Source of the DNA: Thermodesulfobacteriota bacterium
GTDB lineage: Bacteria; Desulfobacterota_D; UBA1144; Nemesobacterales; JAJCZQ01
DNA: 64,000 bases
Direction of reading: 5' to 3'
NCBI GenBank assembly: GCA_965203965.1
Contig: CBDBDR010000017.1
Span: 1,184,001-1,248,000 of the forward strand
Below, piece after piece: positions 10,694 through 20,392 of this stretch. Positions within the stretch are counted from its first letter, which is position 1; every line of letters begins with the position of its first letter. A program made the translations under genes and the position numbers. A model generated the notes under the pieces. It did not search any database and had not been told where the DNA came from. It saw only the letters and a list, made by a program, of their open reading frames with translations.

Positions 10694-11647
10694 ATGCTAA
10701 AGATGCTTTTTGTAATGGATCCGATCGGGTCCATCGATATTAAAAAGGACACGACTTTTGCGATCATGCTTGAATCACAAGCTCGTGGTCATAAGGTTTG
10801 CTATGCCGAGTTGAAAGACCTTTTTATAAAAGACGCAAAAGGATGGTCTGTTACAACAGAAGTTGAACTGAAAATGGCTGATGATGACCACTACAAGGAG
10901 TTAGGGCAGTTCACTACGCCAATTGACGGATTTGACGTAGTATGGATGAGAAAGGATCCGCCTTTCAATATGGACTACATCTATGCCACCTATATTTTAG
11001 ATATGGTTGACCATAAGCAAACCGTTGTTATCAATAGTCCAAAAGGGCTCAGAGAGTCCAATGAAAAAATATACAGTATGAATTTCAAGGACTTCATCCC
11101 CAATACGCTGGTATCAAAAGACATAGGGCGTATAAAGGACTTTATTTCTGAAGTGGATGGCAGGATAGTTGTAAAACCGCTTGACGGATACGGAGGGGAA
11201 GGGATTTTCTATGTTGGACAAGGAGAGCTTAATTCAAACTTGATTCTTGAAACTATAACAAACCGCGGATCAACTTATGTAATGGCCCAAGAGTTCATTG
11301 ATAAAGTTTACGAAGGGGACAAACGGGTAATAATGCTGAATGGAGATCCCATAGGAGCAGTTCTGAGGGTTGCCTCCAAAGGAGAGTTCAGAAGCAATTT
11401 TCACTCCGGTGGACGCCCAGAGAAAGCCATGCTGACGGACAGGGACATGGCTATATGCAATGCCGTTGCGCCTAGATTAAAGCAGGACAAACTCTATCTT
11501 GTGGGCATTGACATCGTTGGTGGATACTTAACTGAGGTTAATACCACAAGCCCTACCTGCATCAGGGAGATAAATCATTTTAGCAAGACAAAGTTAGAAG
11601 TTCAGATCGTGGATTTTGCTGAAAGCCTGTGCAACTTTAGCATTTGA
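10694..11647 (+). CDS. gshB: Glutathione synthetase (prokaryotic ATP-grasp type)
   Basis: FVMDPI..I..KKDTTFA, MRKDPPF, NEK, KPLDGYGG, GDKR, RSNFHSGG, VGIDIVG..LTEVNTTSPT. Confidence 0.95.
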   Translation: MLKMLFVMDPIGSIDIKKDTTFAIMLESQARGHKVCYAELKDLFIKDAKGWSVTTEVELKMADDDHYKELGQFTTPIDGFDVVWMRKDPPFNMDYIYATYILDMVDHKQTVVINSPKGLRESNEKIYSMNFKDFIPNTLVSKDIGRIKDFISEVDGRIVVKPLDGYGGEGIFYVGQGELNSNLILETITNRGSTYVMAQEFIDKVYEGDKRVIMLNGDPIGAVLRVASKGEFRSNFHSGGRPEKAMLTDRDMAICNAVAPRLKQDKLYLVGIDIVGGYLTEVNTTSPTCIREINHFSKTKLEVQIVDFAESLCNFSI

Positions 11648-11697
11648 TAAAACTGCTGTATCAGTCAAAATTACACGACTTTTTCCATCTGACAGCA

Positions 11698-11988
11698 ATG
11701 AAAATATCCAAAGAAGAAGTAAAAAAAACCGCAGAGCTTGCAAGATTAGAATTTTCAGAGGATGAACTTGAAAAATTCACCGAGCAACTTGGTGAGATAC
11801 TTGATCACGTTGAAGACCTCAATGAGTTGAACACTGAAAAAACATCTCCTCTTTCACATGTTCTGGAAATATCTACACCTTTAAGGGAAGATGAAGTCGT
11901 CCAGACGATAACAACGGATGATGCACTGGCAAATGCCCCAGAAGTAAAAGACGGATTTTTTGTCGTTCCGAAAGTCATAGAAAGTTAG
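11698..11988 (+). CDS. gatC: Asp/Glu-tRNA amidotransferase subunit C
   Basis: MKISKEEVKKTAELARL...LRED...ALANAP...FFVVPKVIE; directly upstream of gatA; start moved to ATG 11698. Confidence 0.93.
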   Translation: MKISKEEVKKTAELARLEFSEDELEKFTEQLGEILDHVEDLNELNTEKTSPLSHVLEISTPLREDEVVQTITTDDALANAPEVKDGFFVVPKVIES

Positions 11989-12001
11989 ATCACAATTGCT
12001 T

Positions 12002-13465
12002 ATGGACTTACATTATCTAAGCATCGGCAAAGTTTCTCAACTGATACGCAAAAAGGAGCTTTCTCCCGTTGAAATTACAACTGCTGTTCTAGATCGTATT
12101 GACAAGCTGGATAAGAGGTTTAACTCCTACATAACTCTCCTGTCTGACTATGCGTTGAAAACCGCCAGAAAGGCAGAGGAAGAGATTGCCTCGGGTAAAT
12201 ACAGAGGGGCTCTTCATGGAATACCCATAGGACTTAAAGATATATTTGTTATGAAGGATTTTCCATCCACCTGCGGTTCAAGAATGCTCAAAGATTTTAT
12301 CTCTCCATACGACTCAACAGTGGCGGCAAAGTTGAAAAACTTCGGAGCGGTGATCATAGGGAAGAACAATATGGATGAATTTGCAATGGGTTCGTCCAAT
12401 GAAACATCCTTTTTCGGGCCAGTCAGAAATCCTTGGGATACTGAAAGAGTGCCGGGTGGGTCAAGTGGGGGTTCATGCGCGGCAACTGCATCGGGGTTAT
12501 GTCTTGCGTCAGTAGGTTCCGACACGGGTGGATCCATAAGACAGCCCAGTTCGCTCTGCGGAATAGTTGGATTAAAACCAACTTACGGAAGGGTCAGTCG
12601 TTATGGAATGATAGCATTTGCATCATCTCTTGATCAGGCGGGACCTATTACAAGAACCGTAGAAGATGCAGCGATAGTCCTAAACGCCATTTCGGGCAGA
12701 GACAAATACGATTCAACCTCTGTGGATGTTAATGTGCCGGATTTTACAACCCGTCTGAATGAAAATATAAAGGGAATTAAGATCGGGATACCAAAAGAGT
12801 ATTTTGTTGACGAGATGAATAAGGAAGTGAGATCCGCGGTCAACCTCGCGATACAGGAACTTGAGAGTTTGGGAGCGGAAATAGTTGAGATCTCATTGCC
12901 TCATACTAAGTATGCAATTTCAACCTACTACATCATAGCACCTTGTGAGGCAAGCTCCAACCTTGCAAGATATGACGGTGTTAGATATGGCTACAGGGCG
13001 GAAAGACCTGGGACGCTCCGCGAACTTTTTTTTAAGAGCAGGTCTGAAGGATTTGGAGAAGAAGTAAAGAGAAGAATAATGCTGGGAACTTATGCCTTGT
13101 CATCTGGATACTACGATGCTTACTACATAAAAGCCCAGAAAGTAAGAACACTTATAAGACAGGATTTTAAAAAGGCATGGGAAAAAGTGGACGTGATAGC
13201 TACTCCTACCTCTCACGAAACTGCATTTAAAATAGGAGAGAAAACGGATGATCCCGTAAAAATGTACCTATCTGACTTGCTCACGATACCATGCAACATT
13301 GCAGGTGTGCCCGGCATATCAATTCCTTGCGGATTAAGTCAGGATAACATGCCAATTGGACTTCAGATAATTGGCAAAGCATTTGATGAGGAAACGATTT
13401 TAAGAGTGGCAAATAATTATCAGCAGTCTACACAATGGCACCTCAAACGCCCACCGATCAATTGA
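12002..13465 (+). CDS. gatA: Glutamyl-tRNA(Gln) amidotransferase subunit A
   Basis: Amidase signature NMDEFAMGSS, PGGSSGGS, GSDTGGSIRQP; SSNLARYDG, EVKRRIMLGTY. Confidence 0.97.
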   Translation: MDLHYLSIGKVSQLIRKKELSPVEITTAVLDRIDKLDKRFNSYITLLSDYALKTARKAEEEIASGKYRGALHGIPIGLKDIFVMKDFPSTCGSRMLKDFISPYDSTVAAKLKNFGAVIIGKNNMDEFAMGSSNETSFFGPVRNPWDTERVPGGSSGGSCAATASGLCLASVGSDTGGSIRQPSSLCGIVGLKPTYGRVSRYGMIAFASSLDQAGPITRTVEDAAIVLNAISGRDKYDSTSVDVNVPDFTTRLNENIKGIKIGIPKEYFVDEMNKEVRSAVNLAIQELESLGAEIVEISLPHTKYAISTYYIIAPCEASSNLARYDGVRYGYRAERPGTLRELFFKSRSEGFGEEVKRRIMLGTYALSSGYYDAYYIKAQKVRTLIRQDFKKAWEKVDVIATPTSHETAFKIGEKTDDPVKMYLSDLLTIPCNIAGVPGISIPCGLSQDNMPIGLQIIGKAFDEETILRVANNYQQSTQWHLKRPPIN

Positions 13466-13522
13466 TCTTTCATGTGAGTTTGCAAATGGTCAATGAGCTC
13501 GTGGGGAATGAATACCATTATT

Positions 13523-14083
13523 CTAAAGATCGTGTAGCTCGGATTCATGCTCCTGACAAATTTGTTCAATTTCGTAATCCAGCAGTTTTTCTTTGGTCAA
13601 GCCGCACATGAATGCATCACCTTCATCAATGAAAAAGTCGCATGTTTTGCATATTCCAAACGTTCTGTTCGGATTTGAGAGTTGGAGAGATTTTAATACG
13701 TTCATAAGCACACTTTCTGCAACCTCAATGCTCCTGTCATTAAAAAAACTTTCCGAATCACTGAACGAAAGCCGTTTTAATAAATTTCTCGATTTTTCCG
13801 TCAAATGTAGCTTCACGATCCTTTTATCACCGCTTTTTGTCTCTTTCTTTAGATAACCTTTCTTTTCAAGCAGCTTTACGCTTTGAGAAGTGGTGCTTTT
13901 TGTATTGCCTAGATAAATGCTTAGTGCGGCGAGGTTATTGCTGTATTTGTTGCAGGTTGTCAGATAGCTTAAAACACTCAGGTGTATAGGTAGGAGTTCA
14001 TACGGTTTCAGGAATTTTTTCTCTTCAGAACGAAGTAAATTACTTATGCTGTCTATAAGGCTAAGCAGGTTTGTCAGACTCAT
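13523..14083 (-). CDS. MarR-family winged-helix regulator with C-terminal four-Cys extension
   Basis: wHTH (TTSQSVKLLEKKGYL...DKRIVKLHLTEK) then RTFGICKTC...CGLT...ICQEH; start may be 14083 (ATG) or 14107. Confidence 0.85.
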   Translation of the reverse strand: MSLTNLLSLIDSISNLLRSEEKKFLKPYELLPIHLSVLSYLTTCNKYSNNLAALSIYLGNTKSTTSQSVKLLEKKGYLKKETKSGDKRIVKLHLTEKSRNLLKRLSFSDSESFFNDRSIEVAESVLMNVLKSLQLSNPNRTFGICKTCDFFIDEGDAFMCGLTKEKLLDYEIEQICQEHESELHDL

Positions 14084-14136
14084 AATAACTAATACTATTG
14101 ACTTCAAATCAATAATGCAAACGCTAATTTTTCATT

Positions 14137-14155
14137 TAGTGTTGAGTCAACACTA
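14137..14155. promoter_or_regulatory. Perfect 9-1-9 palindrome, candidate operator
   Basis: TAGTGTTGA-G-TCAACACTA between the MarR gene and the divergent tRNA-Gln promoter. Confidence 0.6.
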
Positions 14156-14176
14156 TATAAAGAAATTTCAACTGGA

Positions 14177-14205
14177 TTGCCTATAATTGAAAATCCTGAT
14201 AGATT
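14177..14205 (+). promoter_or_regulatory. Putative sigma70 promoter for tRNA-Gln-pcrA
   Basis: TTGCCT-N17-TAGATT with extended -10 TG, ending 16 nt before the tRNA. Confidence 0.5.
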
Positions 14206-14221
14206 TAATTGTCTATTTAAC

Positions 14222-14295
14222 TGGGCCGTCGTCTAATGGCAGGACAGCGGGTTTTGGTCCCGTAAGTGAGGGTTCGAATCCTTCCGGCCCAGCCA
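14222..14295 (+). tRNA. tRNA-Gln (UUG)
   Basis: Cloverleaf: acceptor TGGGCCG/CGGCCCA, anticodon arm GCGGG-TT TTG GT-CCCGT, T arm GAGGG-TTCGAAT-CCTTC, encoded CCA; U1-A72 pair. Confidence 0.97.
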
Positions 14296-14302
14296 TAAAC
14301 TA

Positions 14303-16465
14303 ATGAAAGATATTCATGTGCCTTTTCCCGGGGAATTGAACAAAGAGCAAAATGAGGCTGTTGTTCATTCCGAAGGACCCCTTTTAATACTTGCTGGTGC
14401 CGGTTCGGGAAAAACCAGAACACTTACTCACAGAATTGCCTACTTGCTGGATAAGTGCAATGTATCTCCTTACAGAATTATTGCAGTAACCTTTACCAAC
14501 AAGGCTGCAAATGAGATGAAATTCCGCGTCAGTAGCCTTATAAGATCATCAATAAAAGGGCTGTGGCTTGGCACTTTTCACTCTATTTGTCTCAGGATAC
14601 TCAAAAGAGATATAGAGCATCTTGAGGGATTTAAGTCGGATTTCATAATTTTTGACGTTCAAGATCAGTTGAAACTAATTAGGGATTGTGTGAAGCTCCT
14701 TGAATACAATGAAAGGATGTATGAACCAAGAGCTATCAGGTCAAAAATTGACAGCTATAAGATGAGGGTCGGGGACGTTAATGAGTTGGGATCAGAGTTT
14801 AAGGATGACAAATTGAAAGAAATTTTTGATCTTTATGAAAGTGAACTGAGAAAAAATAACGCGCTTGACTTCAACGACCTTCTATTCCTGACCGTCAGGC
14901 TTTTTTCCGAGCATCCGAAAGTGCTGGAGTTTTACCAGGACAGGTTTGAATATATACTCGTTGATGAATATCAGGATACAAACAACCTCCAGTATTCAAT
15001 AGTAAGATCCCTTGCTCAAAAAAATGGGAATATATTCGTTGTTGGTGATGACAACCAATCAATATACAGTTGGAGAGGTGCAGACATACAGAATATTCTG
15101 AATTTTGAAAGTGATTTTAGTAACACCAGAACCATAAAATTGGAAAAAAATTACCGATCTACTGGCAATATACTGCGTCTTTCAAACGAGCTTATAAAAA
15201 ACAATCTGGAAAGAAAAGAAAAAACTTTATACACGGATAATCCCGAAGGCGAATTGATCGGTTACTACCAATCCGACAACGAGGAAGATGAGGCAAGAAA
15301 CCTAATAAAAATCATTCAGGAGAAAAAAAGAGAACAGGGTATTTCATTTAATGACTTTGCTGTATTTTACAGAACGAACAATCAGTCAAAGGCAATAGAG
15401 GATGAGTTGATCAAAAGCGACATACTATACAATATCATAGGCGGCGTTGGGTTTTACCAAAGAGCGGAGGTTAAAGACATTGTTTCCTATCTCAGGCTGA
15501 CAAAGAATTCTTCTGATAACCTGAGTCTGAAAAGGATTATTAATGTCCCGCCGCGCGGTCTTGGTAAGGTAACCCTGACTAACCTTGAACTTCTATCACA
15601 GGAGCATGGACTATCCCTTAGTGACGCGATTCAATACGCGATTGATCACAAGGTCTTTTCTCCATTAACTACGACAAGACTGGAAAATTTTTATCAACTT
15701 ATTCAGAGTCTGAAAAAAGCCTCAACTGATCTGAGCGTAGCCGAGTTGATAAAAAAGATCATAAAAGATACTTCATACATTGATCTAATGGAAGGTGAAG
15801 AAGAGAAGGTCAACAACCTGAGTAGTCTGGTAAATCTTGCTGAAGAATTTGATACTGAAGAGCAAACTGAAGCAACTCTTGAAAACTTTTTGGACTGGAT
15901 CATGCTCGCAAGCGAATCCGGCAATAGGGATGATAGTAAGGAAAAAATAAGCCTGATGACACTTCACTCTGCCAAAGGGCTTGAGTTCCCGTTCGTTTTT
16001 ATAACTGGTCTGGAGGAGGGATTGTTGCCTCACTTCAAATCAGAAGGTGATATCAAGGCGATCGAAGAGGAAAGAAGGCTTTTTTACGTAGGTATCACAA
16101 GGGCAAAAGAAAAAGTCTACCTGTCCGGTGCCTCAGCTAGAAAAAACTTTGGCAAATCTATTGGTTCTATACCTTCAAGGTTTGTAGGTGAACTGCCAAA
16201 AGACCTCGTGGATTGGAAAAGATATGAAGAGGTCTCATACCAGAAGCGGGTTAATAGGACAAAAGATGAGAATCAAACAGATCAAACTGAACGGGTTATC
16301 AACAGTTCTGACCCAAGTATAAAGAAAGGTCGTGAGGTAAGGCACAATACTTTCGGAAAAGGAGTTGTTCTGGGAGTTGAAGGCAATGGAGATAAAGCAA
16401 AAGTGACCGTTTTTTTTAAAAGTGTTGGAAACAAAAAGGTGTTGGCAAGTTACCTGATACACTAG
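14303..16465 (+). CDS. pcrA: UvrD/PcrA SF1 DNA helicase
   Basis: AGAGSGKT, TFTNKAA, LVDEYQDTN, VGDDNQSIY, NYRS, TLHSAKGLEF, EEERRLFYVGITRA, C-terminal Tudor-like VRHNTFGKG. Confidence 0.93.
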   Translation: MKDIHVPFPGELNKEQNEAVVHSEGPLLILAGAGSGKTRTLTHRIAYLLDKCNVSPYRIIAVTFTNKAANEMKFRVSSLIRSSIKGLWLGTFHSICLRILKRDIEHLEGFKSDFIIFDVQDQLKLIRDCVKLLEYNERMYEPRAIRSKIDSYKMRVGDVNELGSEFKDDKLKEIFDLYESELRKNNALDFNDLLFLTVRLFSEHPKVLEFYQDRFEYILVDEYQDTNNLQYSIVRSLAQKNGNIFVVGDDNQSIYSWRGADIQNILNFESDFSNTRTIKLEKNYRSTGNILRLSNELIKNNLERKEKTLYTDNPEGELIGYYQSDNEEDEARNLIKIIQEKKREQGISFNDFAVFYRTNNQSKAIEDELIKSDILYNIIGGVGFYQRAEVKDIVSYLRLTKNSSDNLSLKRIINVPPRGLGKVTLTNLELLSQEHGLSLSDAIQYAIDHKVFSPLTTTRLENFYQLIQSLKKASTDLSVAELIKKIIKDTSYIDLMEGEEEKVNNLSSLVNLAEEFDTEEQTEATLENFLDWIMLASESGNRDDSKEKISLMTLHSAKGLEFPFVFITGLEEGLLPHFKSEGDIKAIEEERRLFYVGITRAKEKVYLSGASARKNFGKSIGSIPSRFVGELPKDLVDWKRYEEVSYQKRVNRTKDENQTDQTERVINSSDPSIKKGREVRHNTFGKGVVLGVEGNGDKAKVTVFFKSVGNKKVLASYLIH

Positions 16466-16637
16466 CTCCTGAAAAGTTATATTTATTGGTTGGATCCAAA
16501 AATAAAAGTCCTTTGTTGCTGTTACTGCAAATTTCCATAACGCGCTACTGGTAGATTGACCTGCTAATCCTCCTTATATACTATTGAGAAAGTCAGTTCA
16601 TCCATTTTTCATAAACAACAACTGACGTATTGATGAT

Positions 16638-16922
16638 ATGAAACACAGAAAAAATAAGATCAAAAGTCAGCATGGACTTATAAAAGGGCTCAGAAAATTC
16701 CTGGAAAGAGAAATCTCAAACCAGGATTTTGTTACTGGTATCATACCAGGGGAGATAAAGGTAGGTAACTCAACGGGAGAAGTTTTGAAGGTTACGTATC
16801 AATACAAGATGCAAACGGGTGCAAAGCTCATTGCGAGAAGTGGCAGTTCAATACAGGAAATTTTTATAATAACCAATGATCCGGAAAGATTGGAAAAGAT
16901 AATAAACAGCCATGATGAATAA
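16638..16922 (+). CDS. DUF2103-like small basic protein
   Basis: H-G-L-I-x-G-L N-terminus, IIPG, and KLIARSGSSIQEIFIIT resemble DUF2103; upstream TTGACC-N17-TACTAT. Confidence 0.65.
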   Translation: MKHRKNKIKSQHGLIKGLRKFLEREISNQDFVTGIIPGEIKVGNSTGEVLKVTYQYKMQTGAKLIARSGSSIQEIFIITNDPERLEKIINSHDE

Positions 16923-17036
16923 AATCCTTAACCCTGCAAAGGGGACAAGAGCGATGTCGGGTGTGTGATCCCGTGGAAAATTATTGACCGTATCGTAACT
17001 ATATGTAACCATTGTTATTCTTATAGAGGTGGAATA

Positions 17037-19448
17037 ATGCTTGTTCCGTTAAGTTGGCTAAAAGATCACGTTGAAATTGATTTTTCCTTGGACAATCTGG
17101 GTGAAATGTTGACGATGGCAGGTTTGGAAACCGAAGCCCTGCATTACAGGGGCAAAGGAATTGAAGATATTGTCATTGCCAAGATTTTAGAAATAAAAAA
17201 TCATCCTAATGCTGATAGACTGAATGTGTGTGAAGTTACAGATGGGATGGAAAATTACAATATAGTTTGCGGTGCAGATAACTTTGGGGTTAATGACTAT
17301 GTGGCTCTTGCAAGATCGGGTGCAAAACTGCCACCTACCAAGAAATTTCCTGAAGGATTAAAAATAAAAAAAACAAAGATCCGTGGTGAGACTTCGCAGG
17401 GGATGTTGTGTGCAGAGGATGAACTGGGTTTATCTGATAGATCTGATGGGATCATGGTTCTTTCCAGCGATTTGTCTCTTGGATCAAGGCTTGTAGATGA
17501 AATGTCTTTGAATGACGCGGTTTTTGAAATTGCAATAACTCCAAACAGGCCGGATTGCTTAAGTATTTTGGGTATAGCGAGGGAAATTGCTGCAGTTACA
17601 GGAAGCAAACTGAAAAATATTGCTCTTTATAAAGATGAAAGGTTTGGAAAAACTTCAAAATCCGTGGAAGTTAAGATCAATGACACCCATGCCTGTCCCA
17701 GATACGCCTGTAGAGTTATAGAAGGTGTAAAAATAGGTTCCTCACCTGATTGGTTAAAAAACAGATTGCAGGCTTCGGGAATAAGATCAATAAACAACGT
17801 TGTTGACGTAACAAATTTTGTTATGCTTGAAACTGGCCAGCCTCTTCACGCTTTTGACCATGACCTATTGGACAGAGAAATTATCAAAGTAAGGTTTGCA
17901 AGAGAGGAAGAGACGTTGATAACTCTTGACAAACAGGAAATAGAGCTGACTGAAACTGATCTGCTTATATGTGACGGTGACACACCTGTTGCCCTTGCAG
18001 GGGTCATGGGAGGATTAAACACCGAGGTGAATGGAGAAACAAAAAACATACTGCTTGAATCGGCATATTTTAACCCAGTGACGATAAGAAAAACCTCAAA
18101 GCGGACGGGTATCAGATCTGAAGCCTCCTATAGATTTGAGAGGGGCGTGGATCCCAACAACACCTTATTTGCACTTGACCGTGCCTCTTTTTTTATTGCA
18201 GAGTTGTCAGGTGGGAAAGCATCCGAGGATGTTATTGACGTTTATCCTTCAAAGATTGAACCTAAAGAGGTAAATTTATCCGTGAGTAAGGTTAAAGAGA
18301 TACTTGGAATAGAAATAAACTCTGACAGGATTACAGATATATTAAAACCGCTTGGGTTTGAAGTGCTAAAGTCAGACGGTATTGAAATATCAATGAAAAT
18401 ACCCACGTTCAGGGTTGATATTACAAGAGAGATCGACGTGATAGAAGAGATAGCAAGGTTGTTCGGTTATGAAAATATACCTACGACTTTGCCTGCGGTT
18501 GAGATGCTGGCGGATGAAACCGACAGCGGACGCGAACTTGTATTGGATGTTAAGCAAGTATTTATCTCATCAGGTTTTTTTGAAGCTATTAATTACAGTT
18601 TTGATGATCCTGCTCTTATGAAGATGTTCAGTGTATCCGAAACCATTGATCTGCTTAATCCTTTAACCAGTGAAAGCTCTGTGATGAGAACGTCTATTCT
18701 TCCTGGGTTGATCAAGAACCTGAAAACAAATCTGTTACGTCAAGTTAGTGATGTAAGGCTTTTTGAATATGGGAAAATTTTTCTACCCGTGGCGGAAAGT
18801 CAACTCCCAAGAGAGGAAAAGAGATTTTCCGCGGTCGCAACCGGAAAAATAGAACCTGAAGTATGGAATAAAGAGGATTTCAATTTCTTTGATCTGAAAA
18901 ATCTATTGATCCGGGGAGTTGCAAGTTTTTCACCCAGCAAAAGAATAGAATTCGTAAAGAATGACGAGGTAAAATTTCTCCATCCGGGAAAATCTGCATC
19001 TATTTTTGCCGACAAAGTTGAACTTGGCATTATTGGTGAGTTGCATCCAGATTGCATGGATGAGTTAAAAATAGATAAAAAACTGTACCTATTGGACGTC
19101 AACTTAGACGCTCTGGTTGGGCTTTCTGAAACTTTTTCCTACAACTTTAGACCAATGCCCATATTCCCTTCCATAAAGAGGGATATGTCGTTTATTATAG
19201 ACAAAGAAGTGACAGCGGGACAAATGATAGATAAAGTTAGCAAGGTGAGCAGCCTTGTTGAGGACGCTAGGGTGTTTGATGTTTTTGAGGACGATTCATT
19301 AGGTATGGATAGTAAAAAAAGCGTGGGAATATCGATCTTACTCAGATCTCAAGATAAGACTTTGACCGATGAAGAGGCTAACACGGTTCAGGGCATGGCA
19401 ATAAGAGAATTAAGTTCATCATTAGGTGCTGAGTTGAGGTCAATGTAA
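17037..19448 (+). CDS. pheT: Phenylalanine-tRNA ligase beta subunit
   Basis: MLVPLSWL, HPNADRL, ITPNRPDCLS, GQPLHAFD, RFERGVD, EEIARLFGY; SD GAGGTGG before ATG 17037. Confidence 0.97.
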   Translation: MLVPLSWLKDHVEIDFSLDNLGEMLTMAGLETEALHYRGKGIEDIVIAKILEIKNHPNADRLNVCEVTDGMENYNIVCGADNFGVNDYVALARSGAKLPPTKKFPEGLKIKKTKIRGETSQGMLCAEDELGLSDRSDGIMVLSSDLSLGSRLVDEMSLNDAVFEIAITPNRPDCLSILGIAREIAAVTGSKLKNIALYKDERFGKTSKSVEVKINDTHACPRYACRVIEGVKIGSSPDWLKNRLQASGIRSINNVVDVTNFVMLETGQPLHAFDHDLLDREIIKVRFAREEETLITLDKQEIELTETDLLICDGDTPVALAGVMGGLNTEVNGETKNILLESAYFNPVTIRKTSKRTGIRSEASYRFERGVDPNNTLFALDRASFFIAELSGGKASEDVIDVYPSKIEPKEVNLSVSKVKEILGIEINSDRITDILKPLGFEVLKSDGIEISMKIPTFRVDITREIDVIEEIARLFGYENIPTTLPAVEMLADETDSGRELVLDVKQVFISSGFFEAINYSFDDPALMKMFSVSETIDLLNPLTSESSVMRTSILPGLIKNLKTNLLRQVSDVRLFEYGKIFLPVAESQLPREEKRFSAVATGKIEPEVWNKEDFNFFDLKNLLIRGVASFSPSKRIEFVKNDEVKFLHPGKSASIFADKVELGIIGELHPDCMDELKIDKKLYLLDVNLDALVGLSETFSYNFRPMPIFPSIKRDMSFIIDKEVTAGQMIDKVSKVSSLVEDARVFDVFEDDSLGMDSKKSVGISILLRSQDKTLTDEEANTVQGMAIRELSSSLGAELRSM

Positions 19449-19461
19449 AGAGAGGAACTCA

Positions 19462-19740
19462 ATGACTAAAAAAGAGCTTTCAGGAGAAATTCACAAAAAG
19501 ATCGGTTTATCCAGAAGGGAATCCGCAGAGATTCTGGAATACTTTTTTTATCTGGTGAAAAACAGTTTACAGAATGGAGAGAGCGTTAAACTTCCAAAGT
19601 TCGGAAGTTTTATCGTTCAGCAAAGGAAAGCAAGAAAAGGAAGAAATCCCTCAAGTAATGAGACAATTGAGATTGCTGCCAGAAAAGCAGTAGTTTTTAA
19701 GCCCAGTAGGTTTCTTCGTAATTTTATATCTCCCGATTAG
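19462..19740 (+). CDS. ihfA: Integration host factor alpha / HU-family protein
   Basis: MTKKEL...VKLPKFGSF...RKGRNP...VVFKPS; canonical pheT-ihfA synteny. Confidence 0.88.
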   Translation: MTKKELSGEIHKKIGLSRRESAEILEYFFYLVKNSLQNGESVKLPKFGSFIVQQRKARKGRNPSSNETIEIAARKAVVFKPSRFLRNFISPD

Positions 19741-19744
19741 GTTA

Positions 19745-20392
19745 GTGACAAATATGCTCTCTTCCATAAGACAGAACTTTTTGGCTGGATTATTAGTTTT
19801 ACTACCATTTGGTCTTACTGTTTTTATACTTTTCAAACTGGGCAAATGGATCATAAATTTGGTGAGTGCGGCACCAGCAATGTTTCTCAAACCGCTTGAT
19901 GCTCTACCTCTTTATGTTTTCCAGTTAGTTACTTTTTCCATTGGATTGTTTGCTACTATACTGATAGTTCTGATCGTTGGGACAGTAGCGAGAAATTTTA
20001 TTGGAAAAAAATTGGTGAGTTTTGGTGAAAGCCTAGTGCATAAGTTGCCTCTTGCACGGACCGTTTATACTGCCACTAAGCAGATCATGGAAACCGTGTT
20101 TTTTGCCAGAGGTATGAAGGGTTTTAAAAGAGTGGTGACGTTTGAGTTTCCAAGAAAAGGCATCTATTCAATAGGTTTTATCACGGCTACTCTGAACGTG
20201 GGAGATATTTACAACAAAAGCGGGGAAGAGCTCTACAGTATATTTGTCCCAACAGCTCCCAATCCCACCAGTGGTTACTATATAATGCTTCCTAAGGCAG
20301 ACGTTAAGGAGCTTAATATATCAGTAGAAGATGCGTTCAGACTGATAGTGTCGGCTGGCTTGGCAAAGAATAAAGTTGAAAATAACAAGTAA
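19745..20392 (+). CDS. DUF502 membrane protein
   Basis: FLAGLLVLLP, two TM segments, EFPRKG, FVPTAPNPTSGY, VSAG. Confidence 0.85.
   Translation: MTNMLSSIRQNFLAGLLVLLPFGLTVFILFKLGKWIINLVSAAPAMFLKPLDALPLYVFQLVTFSIGLFATILIVLIVGTVARNFIGKKLVSFGESLVHKLPLARTVYTATKQIMETVFFARGMKGFKRVVTFEFPRKGIYSIGFITATLNVGDIYNKSGEELYSIFVPTAPNPTSGYYIMLPKADVKELNISVEDAFRLIVSAGLAKNKVENNK

Noticed and set aside
14217..14423. 68-aa minus-strand ORF
   Set aside because: Antisense shadow of tRNA-Gln and the pcrA start.
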